DNA from: Myxococcota bacterium
GTDB taxonomy: Bacteria > Myxococcota_A > UBA9042 > PHBI01 > JAWLBL01
NCBI GenBank assembly: GCA_041687695.1
Contig: JAWLBL010000006.1
Location: 64,001-128,000, forward strand
DNA: 64,000 nt
Direction of reading: 5' to 3'
Part shown: positions 11,071 to 20,647 of the stretch, piece by piece
Layout of the letters: each line of letters opens with the position of its first letter
Numbering within the stretch: the first letter of the stretch is position 1
Notes under the pieces: model-generated
What the model saw: only the letters and a program-made list of their open reading frames with translations
What the model was told of the DNA's origin: nothing
The model's database searches: none
Position numbers and translations under genes: made by a program

Positions 11071-11337
11071 TAGTCGTCCCGGGGCGGAAGCTGGCCGTCG
11101 TCCCGGGGCGGAAGGGCGCGGGTCGTCGTCCCGGGGCGCGAGCGCGCGGGTCGTCGTCCCGGGGCGGGAGCGCGCGGGTCGTCGTCCCGGGGCGCGAGCG
11201 CGCGGGTCGTCGTCCCGGGGCGGAAGCGCGCGGGCCGTCGTCCCGGGGCGGAAGGGCGCGGGTCGTCGTCCCGGGGCGCGAGCGCGCGGGTCGTCGTCCC
11301 GGGGCGGGAGCGCGCGGGTCGTCGTCCCGGGGCGGAG
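11071..11337 (-). repeat. Tandem array A: 10 units, mostly 28-bp period, core GTCGTCGTCCCGGGGCG(G/C)(A/G)AG
   Basis: Counted by eye; begins immediately after the HNH stop codon. Confidence 0.92.
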
Positions 11338-11338
11338 G

Positions 11339-12619
11339 TCACCCACGAGCTGCTCGCCCGGACTGAAGGTCGGCGCTTCCGTCCCGGGGCGGAACGGACC
11401 CGGCCCGCCGTTCGCCGATCTTCCGCGCGACGACGCGAGCCCCCAGCTCCTGGCGGGCGATGAGCAGGTTGTGGGCCTGACAGACGACCCGGATGTTGTC
11501 GACCGAGTGAGCGCCGCCCCTGGCGAAGGCCTCATCGTGGTGCAGCTCCAGCCGGCGCGTCTCGGTGCACCGCCCTCCCGGGCCCTCATAGGTGCACCGC
11601 AGCCCGTCCCGCTCGACCACGGCCCGCTTCACCTCGGCCGGGATGGCACGGCTGCGTTCCGTCACCTCGGCCACCGGCTCGCTCGCCGCGGCCTCGACCG
11701 ACTCGCCGGCCATGGCCAGCCTCTCGGTCGACTCATCGGCCATGGCCGCGCTCTCGACCGACTCTCCGGCCACGGCCACGCTCTCGGCCGACTCGCCGGC
11801 CACGGCCACGCTCTCGGCCGACTCGCCGGCCACGGCCACGCTCTCGGCCGGCTGGGGCGCCTTCACGACGACCTTCTTCACCCGCCGCTTGGCCCCGATC
11901 CCGAACCGCTGCTTCTTCTTCGCGGCCAGGAAGACGTCCAGGGCCATCTCCAACAAGGCCTCGTAGTCCCCGGACGCGACCTGATGGCCCGCCAGCGCCA
12001 TCGCCTCCTCGAGCTTGGCCGCTACCCGCGCGCCCACTGTCACCTGGACCCGGTACCGGGTCTCTGACAGCGGCTCGACCCGGTGCTTCGGCTTCGGCTG
12101 CTCCAGCGTCAGCTCGGCCACCTCCCGCGGTGCGCCCCGCTTCGCCGCCTCGACCCGCGCTCCGCCCCGGGACGGCGGCAACCGGAACACCCGCGCCGGC
12201 ACGTCCGGCCGCGGCGACCACTTGGCTACGAGCTCGGCCAGCTCGCGCTTGCTCTTCCCGGCCGCCTCGGCCAGCCGCTCGCCGGCGTCCTCGTCGCTCA
12301 GGTGAGGTCCGATGACCCGCACCCCGCTCAGGCTCAGCCGTCCGTCGGCCAACATGGCGCCCATCTCGGGCCACCGCCGCACCCACCCGACGGCCTTCAC
12401 ATAGTTGTAGGCCTTGTCCTCACCAAAGCCCCACCGCGTCCGGCACCACTCGAACAGCGACGGGCTGCCGTCCCGAAGGTGAAGCTCCCTGGCCTCGACC
12501 TCGGCCAGATGGACGACCAGGTTGGCCGTCGTCCGCCGCTCCAGATCCACCAGCTCACCGACCCGCCCCAGCAGCCCCTCGTCGGACAACTTCCCCAGCA
12601 ACTCCAAGCCCTTGCTCAT
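11339..12619 (-). CDS. HNH endonuclease with N-terminal helical (DUF222-like) domain, copy 1, 426 aa
   Basis: MSKGLELLGKLSDEGLL...ERRTTANLVVHLAEVEARELHL; C-terminal RAIPAEVKRAVVERDGLRCTY...RC...LELHH...GGAHSVDNIRVVCQAHN. GGGAGG RBS before the ATG at 12619. Confidence 0.9.
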   Translation of the reverse strand: MSKGLELLGKLSDEGLLGRVGELVDLERRTTANLVVHLAEVEARELHLRDGSPSLFEWCRTRWGFGEDKAYNYVKAVGWVRRWPEMGAMLADGRLSLSGVRVIGPHLSDEDAGERLAEAAGKSKRELAELVAKWSPRPDVPARVFRLPPSRGGARVEAAKRGAPREVAELTLEQPKPKHRVEPLSETRYRVQVTVGARVAAKLEEAMALAGHQVASGDYEALLEMALDVFLAAKKKQRFGIGAKRRVKKVVVKAPQPAESVAVAGESAESVAVAGESAESVAVAGESVESAAMADESTERLAMAGESVEAAASEPVAEVTERSRAIPAEVKRAVVERDGLRCTYEGPGGRCTETRRLELHHDEAFARGGAHSVDNIRVVCQAHNLLIARQELGARVVARKIGERRAGSVPPRDGSADLQSGRAARG

Positions 12620-12870
12620 CCCGCAGCCCTCCCAATCGAGGCCTGCAGCATAGCACGGGGGTCCCAATCCCCTCGGAGCACCCCCTGGACGGCCGTTCAG
12701 GCCTCTCGGACGACCCGCGACGACCCTCACCCCTGATCAGCGCGTTGTGGAGCCTGGAAGAGGCCTCCCAGCCCCTCCACCTGGCCGACCGCGGACTTCC
12801 AAAATCGGGCCCCCAAAACCCGTCAACAACTATTCGCCGTCTCGACCCGTCCACATGTCGATTTCTCGTC

Positions 12871-13710
12871 CCGACTTCCGCCCCGGGACGACGACCCGCC
12901 CCGGGACGACGACCGGCGCGCTTCCGCCCCGGGACGACGACCGGCGCGCTTCCGCCCCGGGACGACGACCGACTTCCGCCCGGGACGACGACCGACTTCC
13001 GCCCCGGGACGACGAGCGACTTCCGCCCCGGGACGACGAGCGACTTCCGCCCCGGGACGACGAGCGACTTCCGCCCCGGGACGACGAGCGACTTCCGCCC
13101 CGGGACGACGACCCGCGCTTCCGCCCCGGGACGACTGCTGGGTTCCGCCCCGGGACGACGACCGGCGCGCTTCCGCCCCGGGACGACGACCGGCGCGATT
13201 CCGCCCCGGGACGACGACCGGCGCGATTCCGCCCCGGGACGACGACCACCGCGCTTGCGCCCCGGGACGACGACCGACTTCCGCCCCGGGACGACGACCG
13301 GCAGGCTTCCGCCCCGGGATGACGACCGACTTCCGCCCCGGGACGACGACCGGCGCGCTTACGCCCCGGGACGACGACCCGCGCTTCCGCCCCGGGACGA
13401 CGACAGGCAGGCTTACGCCCCGGGACGACGACCCGCGATTCCGCCCCGGGACGACGACCCGCGATTCCGCCCCGGGACGACGACCGGCGCGCTTACGCCC
13501 CGGGACGACGACCCGCGCTTCCGCCCCGGGACGACGACCGGCAGGCTTCCGCCCCGGGACGACGACCGACTTCCGCCCCGGGACGACGACCGACTTCCGC
13601 CCCGGGACGACGACCGACTTCCGCCCCGGGACGACGAGCGACTTCCGCCCCGGGACGACGAGCGACTTCCGCCCCGGGACGACGAGCGACTTCCGCCCCG
13701 GGACGACTAA
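12871..13710 (+). repeat. Tandem array B: ~33 units of TTCCGCCCCGGGACGACGA(C/G), mostly 24/26/28-bp periods
   Basis: Counted by eye; linkers CGAC, CCGCGC, CGGCGCGC, CGGCAGGC and others; terminal unit GGGACGACTAAT mirrors the outer unit of array A. Confidence 0.92.
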
Positions 13711-13990
13711 TTGCGCGGCCGTTTAATTACCAACCCCACCCCAGGCCCAATCGACCAAGCACGACCAGCCGCTGGAACTCCCGCACACCCGCCTCCCCCC
13801 AGCACCCGCCGCCAGTGCCCGCGTCGGGACGCGAAGCGGCCCGGAAGGCCCCCTTCCGGGCCGATATTGGCCCCCCAGCCGTCCGCTACGGCCGGGGTCA
13901 AGGGCTTTGTCGTCCGCGAGGAATTGGCCGGCCGCCAGGTCGGCCAAGGGGGACAAAGCCCTTGATGCCGGCCGTAGCGGAGGCTACCGC
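13711..13990 (-). repeat. Right terminal module of element 1 (inverted homologue of the left module)
   Basis: Reverse complement reads GCGGTAGCCTCCGCTACGGCCGGCATCAAGGGCTTTGTC...GACAAAGCCCTTGACCCCGGCCGTAGCGGA...; followed by a C-rich tract at 13991-14068. Confidence 0.88.
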
Positions 13991-14107
13991 ACCCCCACCC
14001 ACCCACCCCCAACCCCCCCACCCACCCCCAACCCCCATCCCCCAACCCCGCCCACCCCCCAACCCACCGTGGCCCCCAACCGCCACTTGCGATAGCCTCC
14101 CCCCGCC

Positions 14108-15364
14108 ATGAACAAGCTGCTCGTCGCCATCGTCGTCGCCATCGTCCTCGCCTTCGCGTCCGTGTTCACCCTCGGCGGGGCGATGGCAGACGTGTACTGG
14201 GTGGGCGAGCTGTTCTTGCGGGCGCTGAAGATGATCATCGTCCCGCTGGTGGTCTTCTCGATGGTCAGCGGCATCGCCGGGCTCGGGGACGTGCGCAAGC
14301 TGGGGCGGCTGGGCGGCCGGACGGTCCTGTATTACGCGACGACGACGCTGCTGGCCGTGGTGCTGGGCGCGGTCGTGGTCAACCTGATGCAGCCCGGCGT
14401 GGGGATGGTGACGACCGGGCTCGAGGTGCCCGAGCGGCTGGCCGCCAAGGAGGACATCGGCCTCCCCGAGATCCTGATGGGCTTTCTGAGCGACAACATC
14501 GTCGCGTCGGCGGCCGAGATGCAGATGCTGCCGCTCATCGTCTTCAGCCTGGTCTTCGGCGGGGTGCTGACCACCATCGGCGACAAGGGCAAGCCGGTCA
14601 TCGCCTTCTTCGAGGGCGGCAACGAGGCGATGATGAAGATCGTCCACCTCGTCATGTGGCTGGCGCCCGTCGGCATCTTCGGCCTGGTCGCCGGACGCTT
14701 CGGCGTCGCCATCGACCAACTGGGCATGGAAGGGTTCTGGAACGAGCTGTCGGCCGTCGGCTCGTACATGCTGACCGTGCTCATCGGCCTGGCCATCCAC
14801 TCGCTGCTCGTCCTGCCGCTCATCCTGTGGGTGACGACGCGGCGGAGCCCGCTCCTGTACGCCCGCGGCGTCGGCAAGGCCCTGCTCACCGCGTTCTCGA
14901 CCGCCAGCTCGGCCGCCACGCTGCCGCTCACCCTCGAGGGCGTCGTCGAGGAGAACCGCGTCGACCCGCGCTCGGCGCGCTTCGTCATCCCGCTCGGCGC
15001 CACCATCAACATGGACGGCACGGCCCTGTACGAGGCGGTCGCCGTCATCTTCATCGCGCAGGCCCTCGGCGTCGACCTCAGCATCGGCCAGCAGATCCTC
15101 ATCGTCCTGACCGCCGCCCTCGCCGCCATCGGCGCCGCCGGCATCCCCGAGGCCGGCCTCGTCACCATGGTCATCGTCCTCAACGCCGTCGGTCTGCCGC
15201 TCGAGGGCGCCGGCCTCATCCTCTCGGTCGACTGGCTGCTCGACCGCTTCCGCACCGCCGTCAACGTCTGGGGTGACGCCGTCGGCGCCGGTGTCGTCGA
15301 GCGCTACGTCGATGGTGACCAGCCCGAGCGCCCCGAGCTGTCGGCCGCGGTCGGCGGCCGCTGA
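14108..15364 (+). CDS. Dicarboxylate/amino acid:cation symporter (DAACS, GltP/GltT-like)
   Basis: FLRALKMIIVPLV, AFSTASSAATLP, GATINMDGTALYE, DRFRTAVNVWGD. Confidence 0.92.
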   Translation: MNKLLVAIVVAIVLAFASVFTLGGAMADVYWVGELFLRALKMIIVPLVVFSMVSGIAGLGDVRKLGRLGGRTVLYYATTTLLAVVLGAVVVNLMQPGVGMVTTGLEVPERLAAKEDIGLPEILMGFLSDNIVASAAEMQMLPLIVFSLVFGGVLTTIGDKGKPVIAFFEGGNEAMMKIVHLVMWLAPVGIFGLVAGRFGVAIDQLGMEGFWNELSAVGSYMLTVLIGLAIHSLLVLPLILWVTTRRSPLLYARGVGKALLTAFSTASSAATLPLTLEGVVEENRVDPRSARFVIPLGATINMDGTALYEAVAVIFIAQALGVDLSIGQQILIVLTAALAAIGAAGIPEAGLVTMVIVLNAVGLPLEGAGLILSVDWLLDRFRTAVNVWGDAVGAGVVERYVDGDQPERPELSAAVGGR

Positions 15365-15414
15365 CGCCCGCGCCAGGCCTTCGCCGGCCCGCCCCGGGTG
15401 TCTAGGGTCTCGGG

Positions 15415-17577
15415 GTGCCCCCCGAACCCCCCGAGATCCTTCAGCCCGGCCGCAACGTCTGGCGCCGCGCGCGCGCCGGTCGCCTCGCCTGGCTCATCGA
15501 CGCCGCCCCCTACGCGCGCGCCTTCCTCGAGGCCGCCGAGCAGGCGGACGAGGCCCTGTACATCCTTGGCTGGGACCTCGAGAGCCGCCTCGCGCTGGTC
15601 CGCGACGACGACGACCCGCGCGCGGGGCTGACCCTGCGCGACCTCCTCGAGGACCTGGTCCGGCGCAAGCCTCGCCTGCACGTCCACCTGCTGGTTTGGG
15701 ACTACGCCGCCGTCTACGCCCCCGACCGCGAGGTGCTGCAGCGCCTGCGGCTGGACTGGAGCACCCACGCGCGCATCCACTACCACCTGGACGATCACCA
15801 CCCGACGGGCGCCTCGCACCACCAGAAGGTCGTGGTGTTCGACGACGTGCTGGCCTTCGCCGGTGGCATCGACCTGTCCAAGGAGCGCTGGGACACCCCG
15901 GCGCACGAGCCCGACGATCCGCGCCGCCGCGACCTCGACGGCCAGCCGTATCCGCCGTTCCACGACGTCAGCGTGGCCGTGGACGGCGCCGCGGCGCGGG
16001 CGCTGGGCGCGCTGGCCCGTGAGCGCTGGCGGCTGGCGACCGGCCAGGTGGTGTCCCCGCCGACCGCGCGCGCGCACGACCTGTGGCCTGAGAGCGTCCG
16101 GCCGGACCTGACCGACGTCGAAGTCGGTGTGGCCCGCACGCTGCCCGCGTGCGGCGAGCAAGAGGCGGTCGCCGAGATCGAGCAGCTGCACCTCGACGCC
16201 ATCGCGGCCGCGCGCCACGCCATCTATCTCGAGAACCAGTTCCTCAGCTCCGAGCGCATCGCCGAGGCCCTCGTGCGGCGCCTGGAGGAGCCCGATGGCC
16301 CGCAGGTCCTGGTCGTCACCGCCCGCGACCTCGAGGGCTGGCTCGAGCAGCTCACCGAGCGCGTGGCCCGCCACCGGGTCACGTCGCGGCTGCGCGAGGC
16401 GGCCGCCGAGGGGCGCCTGCGCATCGTCACGCCGGTCCGGCGCCTCTCGGACGGGCTCCCGGTCAAGATCCACAGCAAGGTCAGCGTCATCGACGACCAG
16501 CTCGCCCAGGTGGGCTCGGCCAACCTGACCAACCGCTCGCTGGGCCTCGACACCGAGTGCGACCTGGTCATCGAGGCCCGCGGCGACCCGCGGGTGGCGC
16601 GCGCCGTGCGCGGGCTGCGCGACCGGCTCGTCGCCGAGCACCTGGGCGTGGCTCCCGACGACGTGGCGCAGGCCATCGACGCCGAGGGGGCGCTGCTGGG
16701 GGGCGTCGCGCGCTGCGAGCAGCGGCCCGAGGCGCGGCCCTTCGCGCCGCTCGCGGACGAGGTCTCTCCGTGGCTCGACGCCCTGCTCCCCGGGACCGAG
16801 CTCATCGACCCTGGCGCGCCGCTGACGCCTCGCCGCATCGTGCAACAGGTCGCGCCGCCCATGACCGGACAGGAGCCCAGCAGGATGAGTCGCAAGGCGA
16901 TCTGGTGGACCCTGGGGGTCGCGGCGTTCCTGGCCCTGGCCGCCGCCTGGCGTCTGACGCCGCTCGCCGAATGGCTCGAGCCGACGCGCCTCGCCGCGCA
17001 GATCGACGCGCTGGACGCGTCCGCCTGGGCGCCGCTCGTCGTCCTGGGCGCCTACGTCGTCAGCGGTCTGTTGTTCATCCCGCTGACGCTGCTCATCGTC
17101 GCGACGGCCATCGCCTTCGACCTGCTGCCCAGCGTGGCCCTGGCCATGGCCGGCAGCCTGCTCAGCGGCCTGGCCAGCTACGCCGTCGGTCGCGGCGTCG
17201 GCGCCGAGGCCGTCGCCCGCGTGACGCATCCCAGGGTGCGCGAGGTCGCGCGCTGGGTCGGCGCCCGCGGCACCCTGGCCGTCGCCCTGGTCCGCGTCCT
17301 GCCCATCGCGCCCTTCGCGGTCGTCAACCTGGTCGCCGGCGCCACCCGAGTGCGCGTGCTGCCCTTCGTGGTCGGCTCGTTCATCGGCCTCGTCCCGGGC
17401 ATCCTGGCGGTCAACGTGTTCGAGGCCTCGCTCGAGGCCATCGTCGCCGACCCCAACCCGCTCGCCGTGGCCGTGGCCGTGCTGGTCGTCGTCCTGGTCC
17501 TGCTGGGCCTGCGCGCGCTGCGTCGCGCCCTGAGCGCCCACGGCCCCGGCCGCGAGGGGCTGGGGGACCATGGCTGA
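15415..17577 (+). CDS. Phospholipase D family protein fused to a VTT/DedA (SNARE-associated) membrane domain
   Basis: Two HKD motifs (HHQKVVVFDD, IHSKVSVIDD) and a C-terminal hydrophobic region with RVLPIAPFAVVN. Confidence 0.88.
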   Translation: MPPEPPEILQPGRNVWRRARAGRLAWLIDAAPYARAFLEAAEQADEALYILGWDLESRLALVRDDDDPRAGLTLRDLLEDLVRRKPRLHVHLLVWDYAAVYAPDREVLQRLRLDWSTHARIHYHLDDHHPTGASHHQKVVVFDDVLAFAGGIDLSKERWDTPAHEPDDPRRRDLDGQPYPPFHDVSVAVDGAAARALGALARERWRLATGQVVSPPTARAHDLWPESVRPDLTDVEVGVARTLPACGEQEAVAEIEQLHLDAIAAARHAIYLENQFLSSERIAEALVRRLEEPDGPQVLVVTARDLEGWLEQLTERVARHRVTSRLREAAAEGRLRIVTPVRRLSDGLPVKIHSKVSVIDDQLAQVGSANLTNRSLGLDTECDLVIEARGDPRVARAVRGLRDRLVAEHLGVAPDDVAQAIDAEGALLGGVARCEQRPEARPFAPLADEVSPWLDALLPGTELIDPGAPLTPRRIVQQVAPPMTGQEPSRMSRKAIWWTLGVAAFLALAAAWRLTPLAEWLEPTRLAAQIDALDASAWAPLVVLGAYVVSGLLFIPLTLLIVATAIAFDLLPSVALAMAGSLLSGLASYAVGRGVGAEAVARVTHPRVREVARWVGARGTLAVALVRVLPIAPFAVVNLVAGATRVRVLPFVVGSFIGLVPGILAVNVFEASLEAIVADPNPLAVAVAVLVVVLVLLGLRALRRALSAHGPGREGLGDHG

Positions 17578-18295
17578 GGCGGCCCGGGCGCGGCGCGCGC
17601 TGCGCGTGGCCACCTGGAACGTCCACGGGTGCGTCGGCGCGGGCGACGTCGCGCCCGACCCGGAGCGCGTCGCGCAGGTCGTGCGCGCGCTGGACGCCGA
17701 TCTGGTCGGGCTGCAGGAGGTCAGCTGCTGCCGCCTGGGGCCCGGCGGCGAGTCGCACCTGGCCCACGTCGCGCGCGTCGCCGGCCTGCGGGCCCTGCGC
17801 GGGACCACGCGCCACAGCCTGGGGCTGCACTGCGGCAACGCGCTGCTGGTCCGGCCCGAGGCGCGTGTCGAGGGCGTCGCCGTGCACGACCTGAGCGTCG
17901 CCCGGCGAGAGCCGCGCGGGCTGCTCGAGGCGGTGGTCGCGACCGCGGCGGGACCGCTGCGCGCCTGGGTCACCCACCTGGGGCTGGCCGCGCCGGAGCG
18001 CTGCGACCAGGTCGCGCGGCTGCTGGCCCACTTGCCGGCCGACGATGAGCCGTTGGTGGTCCTGGGCGACCTCAACGAGTGGTGGCCGTTCGGGACCTGC
18101 GCGCGGCGGCTGACGGCCGCCCTGGGCCGCTCGGCGCGGCTGCGCACCTTCCCGGCGCGCCTGCCGGTGCTGGCGCTGGACCGGGTGTTCGCGCTGGGCG
18201 GGGCGCGGGTCGTCGAGGCGCGCGTGCACCGCAGCCGCGAGGCGCGGCGCGCCTCGGATCACCTGCCCGTGGTCGCCACGGTGAGGCTGGACTGA
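17570..18295 (+). CDS. Endonuclease/exonuclease/phosphatase (EEP) family protein, YbhP-like
   Basis: ATWNVH, LQEV, THLG, GDLNEW, LDRVF, SDHLP. Confidence 0.88.
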   Translation: MAEAARARRALRVATWNVHGCVGAGDVAPDPERVAQVVRALDADLVGLQEVSCCRLGPGGESHLAHVARVAGLRALRGTTRHSLGLHCGNALLVRPEARVEGVAVHDLSVARREPRGLLEAVVATAAGPLRAWVTHLGLAAPERCDQVARLLAHLPADDEPLVVLGDLNEWWPFGTCARRLTAALGRSARLRTFPARLPVLALDRVFALGGARVVEARVHRSREARRASDHLPVVATVRLD

Positions 18296-18299
18296 GGCC

Positions 18300-18959
18300 T
18301 CAGCTGCGGACGGCGGCGATCGCCTCGGGGACGCCCAGCGGCTTGGGCTCGAGCTTGACGACCAGCAGGCCGTCGCCGTTGCCGCCCTGGGTCGCGACCT
18401 CTCGCACGCCCAGGACCGGCGAGACGGTGCGGACGACCTTGAGGAAGCGCGGGTTGGCCGCCAGCTTCGGCGCCTTCATCAGGTCGACCACGATGAGGTC
18501 GTCCTTGGCCGAGGCGATGACGGCGGGCTTCTTGCCCATGAAGTTCAGCAGATTCGCGGGCTTCTTCAGGTCGATGGCGCCCGACTTGAGCAGCTTGCCC
18601 AGGTTGCTGTTGGGCTGCGAGGGCGTGTCGGCCCGCACGTCGGACAGCCGCAGCGACACGCGCACCTCGTCGGCCGACAGCCGCACCTCTTCGATGCGCA
18701 CGGTCGCCTCGAGCTCGAGCTTGGTCCCCATCAGATCCAGGACGGTCTCGACGCGCAGCCCCGGCGGACGCGCGGACAGGCGCAAGCGCTCGGGCCGCTT
18801 GTTCGTGGGCACGACGTTGTCGACCAGCCAGCCGAGCGCGTCCACGGGGACGGACAGGCCGAACCGCGACGCGTTCTTGGCCATTCGGACGAGCACGGTC
18901 GGGTGGCGAAGCAGCCACGTGGCCGAGGACTGGACGGCGTTCTTCAAGGGGATGCGCAT
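18300..18959 (-). CDS. Hypothetical protein
   Basis: 219-aa ORF with normal composition and strong GC3 bias. Confidence 0.7.
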   Translation of the reverse strand: MRIPLKNAVQSSATWLLRHPTVLVRMAKNASRFGLSVPVDALGWLVDNVVPTNKRPERLRLSARPPGLRVETVLDLMGTKLELEATVRIEEVRLSADEVRVSLRLSDVRADTPSQPNSNLGKLLKSGAIDLKKPANLLNFMGKKPAVIASAKDDLIVVDLMKAPKLAANPRFLKVVRTVSPVLGVREVATQGGNGDGLLVVKLEPKPLGVPEAIAAVRS

Positions 18960-19120
18960 GGCCCGGAGCCTACACGACAGCCTTTCGGGCGGCCAAGCGG
19001 AAACCGGCTCGACCGTTGGCGCCTCCGTGCCTCCCGTTCAGGCTCTGGCGCCGAGCGGGAATCGGGCGCGCCCGCGCGGCGTTGGCGCGCCCCGACCCCC
19101 GCCTGCCGAAGGACGCCACG

Positions 19121-20407
19121 ATGTCAGCCCTCACCTGGTCCCTCGAGGTCCTGTTGTCGACCGCCCTGTCGCTGCTGGGCGGCGCCGGGGACGCCAAGCC
19201 GGCGCCCGCTGCGCCCGCGGCCCGCGCCGTCGAGGCCGCGGTGTGTGGCGAGCGCAGCCCCTGCCGGGCCGTCGGCGTGCACGCGGCGGGGCAGGGCGCC
19301 AGGAAGCAGCCGCTGTGGGTGGCCGAGGTGGCGCTGCACGACCGCGAGGGCGAGGACTGGAAGCAGCCCGATCTGCAGGACTGCGCGTCCTGGGAGGTCT
19401 GGCTGCTGGAGGGGCCGGCCGGCAAGCCGCGCGCGACGCAGAAGCTGCTGGCGCTGTGCAACGACGGCTACGGCGCGGCCATGATGGGCGAGGACGTCCT
19501 CGAGGTGGGGCCCAACCGGCTGACGCACACGCAGCACGGCGGCTCGAACTGGCGGTGGTCGACCACCAAGGCGCTGCGGCTTTCGCCGCTGGCGCTGCTC
19601 GAGGAGCGCTCGGAGGGGAGGTGGACGGTCGGGCCCAACGAGGAGACGCAGCGCTGGAGCTGGGCCGAGGCGCGCGGTGACGTGAGCTGGGCGGCTCCGG
19701 TCTGCCGTGATGACGGCACGATGCCCGAGCCGGTCGAAGGGGCCGCGCTGCCGCGTCATCGGTATGAGACGCTGCCGCGGGTCGACCTGGCGCGCGAGGT
19801 GGTCGAGGGCGGCTGGAAGGAGCTGGGCCTGGGGACCTGCGCGCTGCGGCTGGACGCGTCCGAGCGCCGCGGGTTCGTTTTGGATCCCACCGCGCCCGCC
19901 GCCACGCCGGGCGACGGCGCGCTGCGGGCCCTGATGGTCGACGGGACGACCCTGCTGCTCGAGGTGACCGACGACGCGCTGACCTCGGCCAAGGCCGACG
20001 ATCGCGACCAGATCGAGGTCTACCTGGGCCCGCAGCTCGGCTTCTCGGACCACTGCGTCGACCCGCAGGCCCGCGTCCACCGCTTCATCGTCGATCTGGC
20101 GACCGGCGACGTCCGCGGCGACGGCGCCCTGCCGCGGGTCGAGCGGCACGTCGCCAAGGCCGGCAAGGGCGTGGCGGTGCGCCTGAAGGTCACGCTGCCC
20201 GAGGAGATCGGCAACCTGACCCTGGTCCACGTCGACGCCGACCCCGGCGAGCACCCGCGCCGCGTCGCCTCGAGCGCCCTCGACCCGCTGTCGGCGGCCA
20301 CGCTCGGCGGCTGGCGTCACCTGGGCGACGCCAGGTGCGTGCCCCGCAAGGGCCAGCTGACCCTCCAGCCTCCCGGACCGGCGGGTCGCGACACGCCGGC
20401 CCTCTGA
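19121..20407 (+). CDS. Hypothetical secreted protein
   Basis: Part of ORF 19016..20407; ATG at 19121 gives a signal-like N-terminus; several Cys residues. Confidence 0.65.
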   Translation: MSALTWSLEVLLSTALSLLGGAGDAKPAPAAPAARAVEAAVCGERSPCRAVGVHAAGQGARKQPLWVAEVALHDREGEDWKQPDLQDCASWEVWLLEGPAGKPRATQKLLALCNDGYGAAMMGEDVLEVGPNRLTHTQHGGSNWRWSTTKALRLSPLALLEERSEGRWTVGPNEETQRWSWAEARGDVSWAAPVCRDDGTMPEPVEGAALPRHRYETLPRVDLAREVVEGGWKELGLGTCALRLDASERRGFVLDPTAPAATPGDGALRALMVDGTTLLLEVTDDALTSAKADDRDQIEVYLGPQLGFSDHCVDPQARVHRFIVDLATGDVRGDGALPRVERHVAKAGKGVAVRLKVTLPEEIGNLTLVHVDADPGEHPRRVASSALDPLSAATLGGWRHLGDARCVPRKGQLTLQPPGPAGRDTPAL

Positions 20408-20647
20408 AAGTTCCGGGACCGCCACGCAGCCTCTCTCCTGCGCGGCCCTGCGAAGCCGTGACGCCCGGCGGCCACGGCGACGTCGCCCGCAGCCCCGAGG
20501 GCATGCTCCACGCCCTGCGCTTCCTGCCGACCTGGGCCGCCGGTCGGGGTCCAACCCTCCTGGCCCCCTGCGCCGAGCTCGGCACGCCGCCCCGGTGACC
20601 TCGCGGCGTCCTTTGCGTCCGAGCGCGCACGCTCCTATGCTCGCGCC

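Larger units (their letters stand above)
10783..13990. mobile_element. Composite HNH element copy 1: terminal module - array - HNH gene - array - inverted terminal module
   Basis: Both ends start GCGGTAGCCTCCGC (10788 on +, 13990 on -). A second similar copy lies at 28281-30638. Mobility is inferred from the two dispersed intergenic copies. Confidence 0.7.

Noticed and set aside
12871..13710. CRISPR array interpretation of arrays A-D
   Set aside because: Linkers are at most ~9 nt and recur many times; there are no unique 25-45 nt spacers and no cas genes in the window.
11071..13710. TIGR-Tas or IscB/TnpB OMEGA assignment
   Set aside because: The protein shows no recognisable Nop, RuvC or PLMP motifs, and the units lack a two-spacer, ~36-nt layout.
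12745..13726. ORFs encoding PRDDD / RPGTTT repeat proteins (also 10813-11589, 28548-29159, 29653-30571)
   Set aside because: These are translations of the stop-poor DNA arrays; unit lengths of 26 and 28 are not multiples of three, so no frame is conserved.
10770..14000. Target-site duplication around element 1
   Set aside because: The flanks (G-rich repeat versus C-rich tract) share no direct repeat.
20408..20647. TPP riboswitch upstream of thiD
   Set aside because: No CTGAGA ... ACCTGA ... GGGA consensus found by eye.
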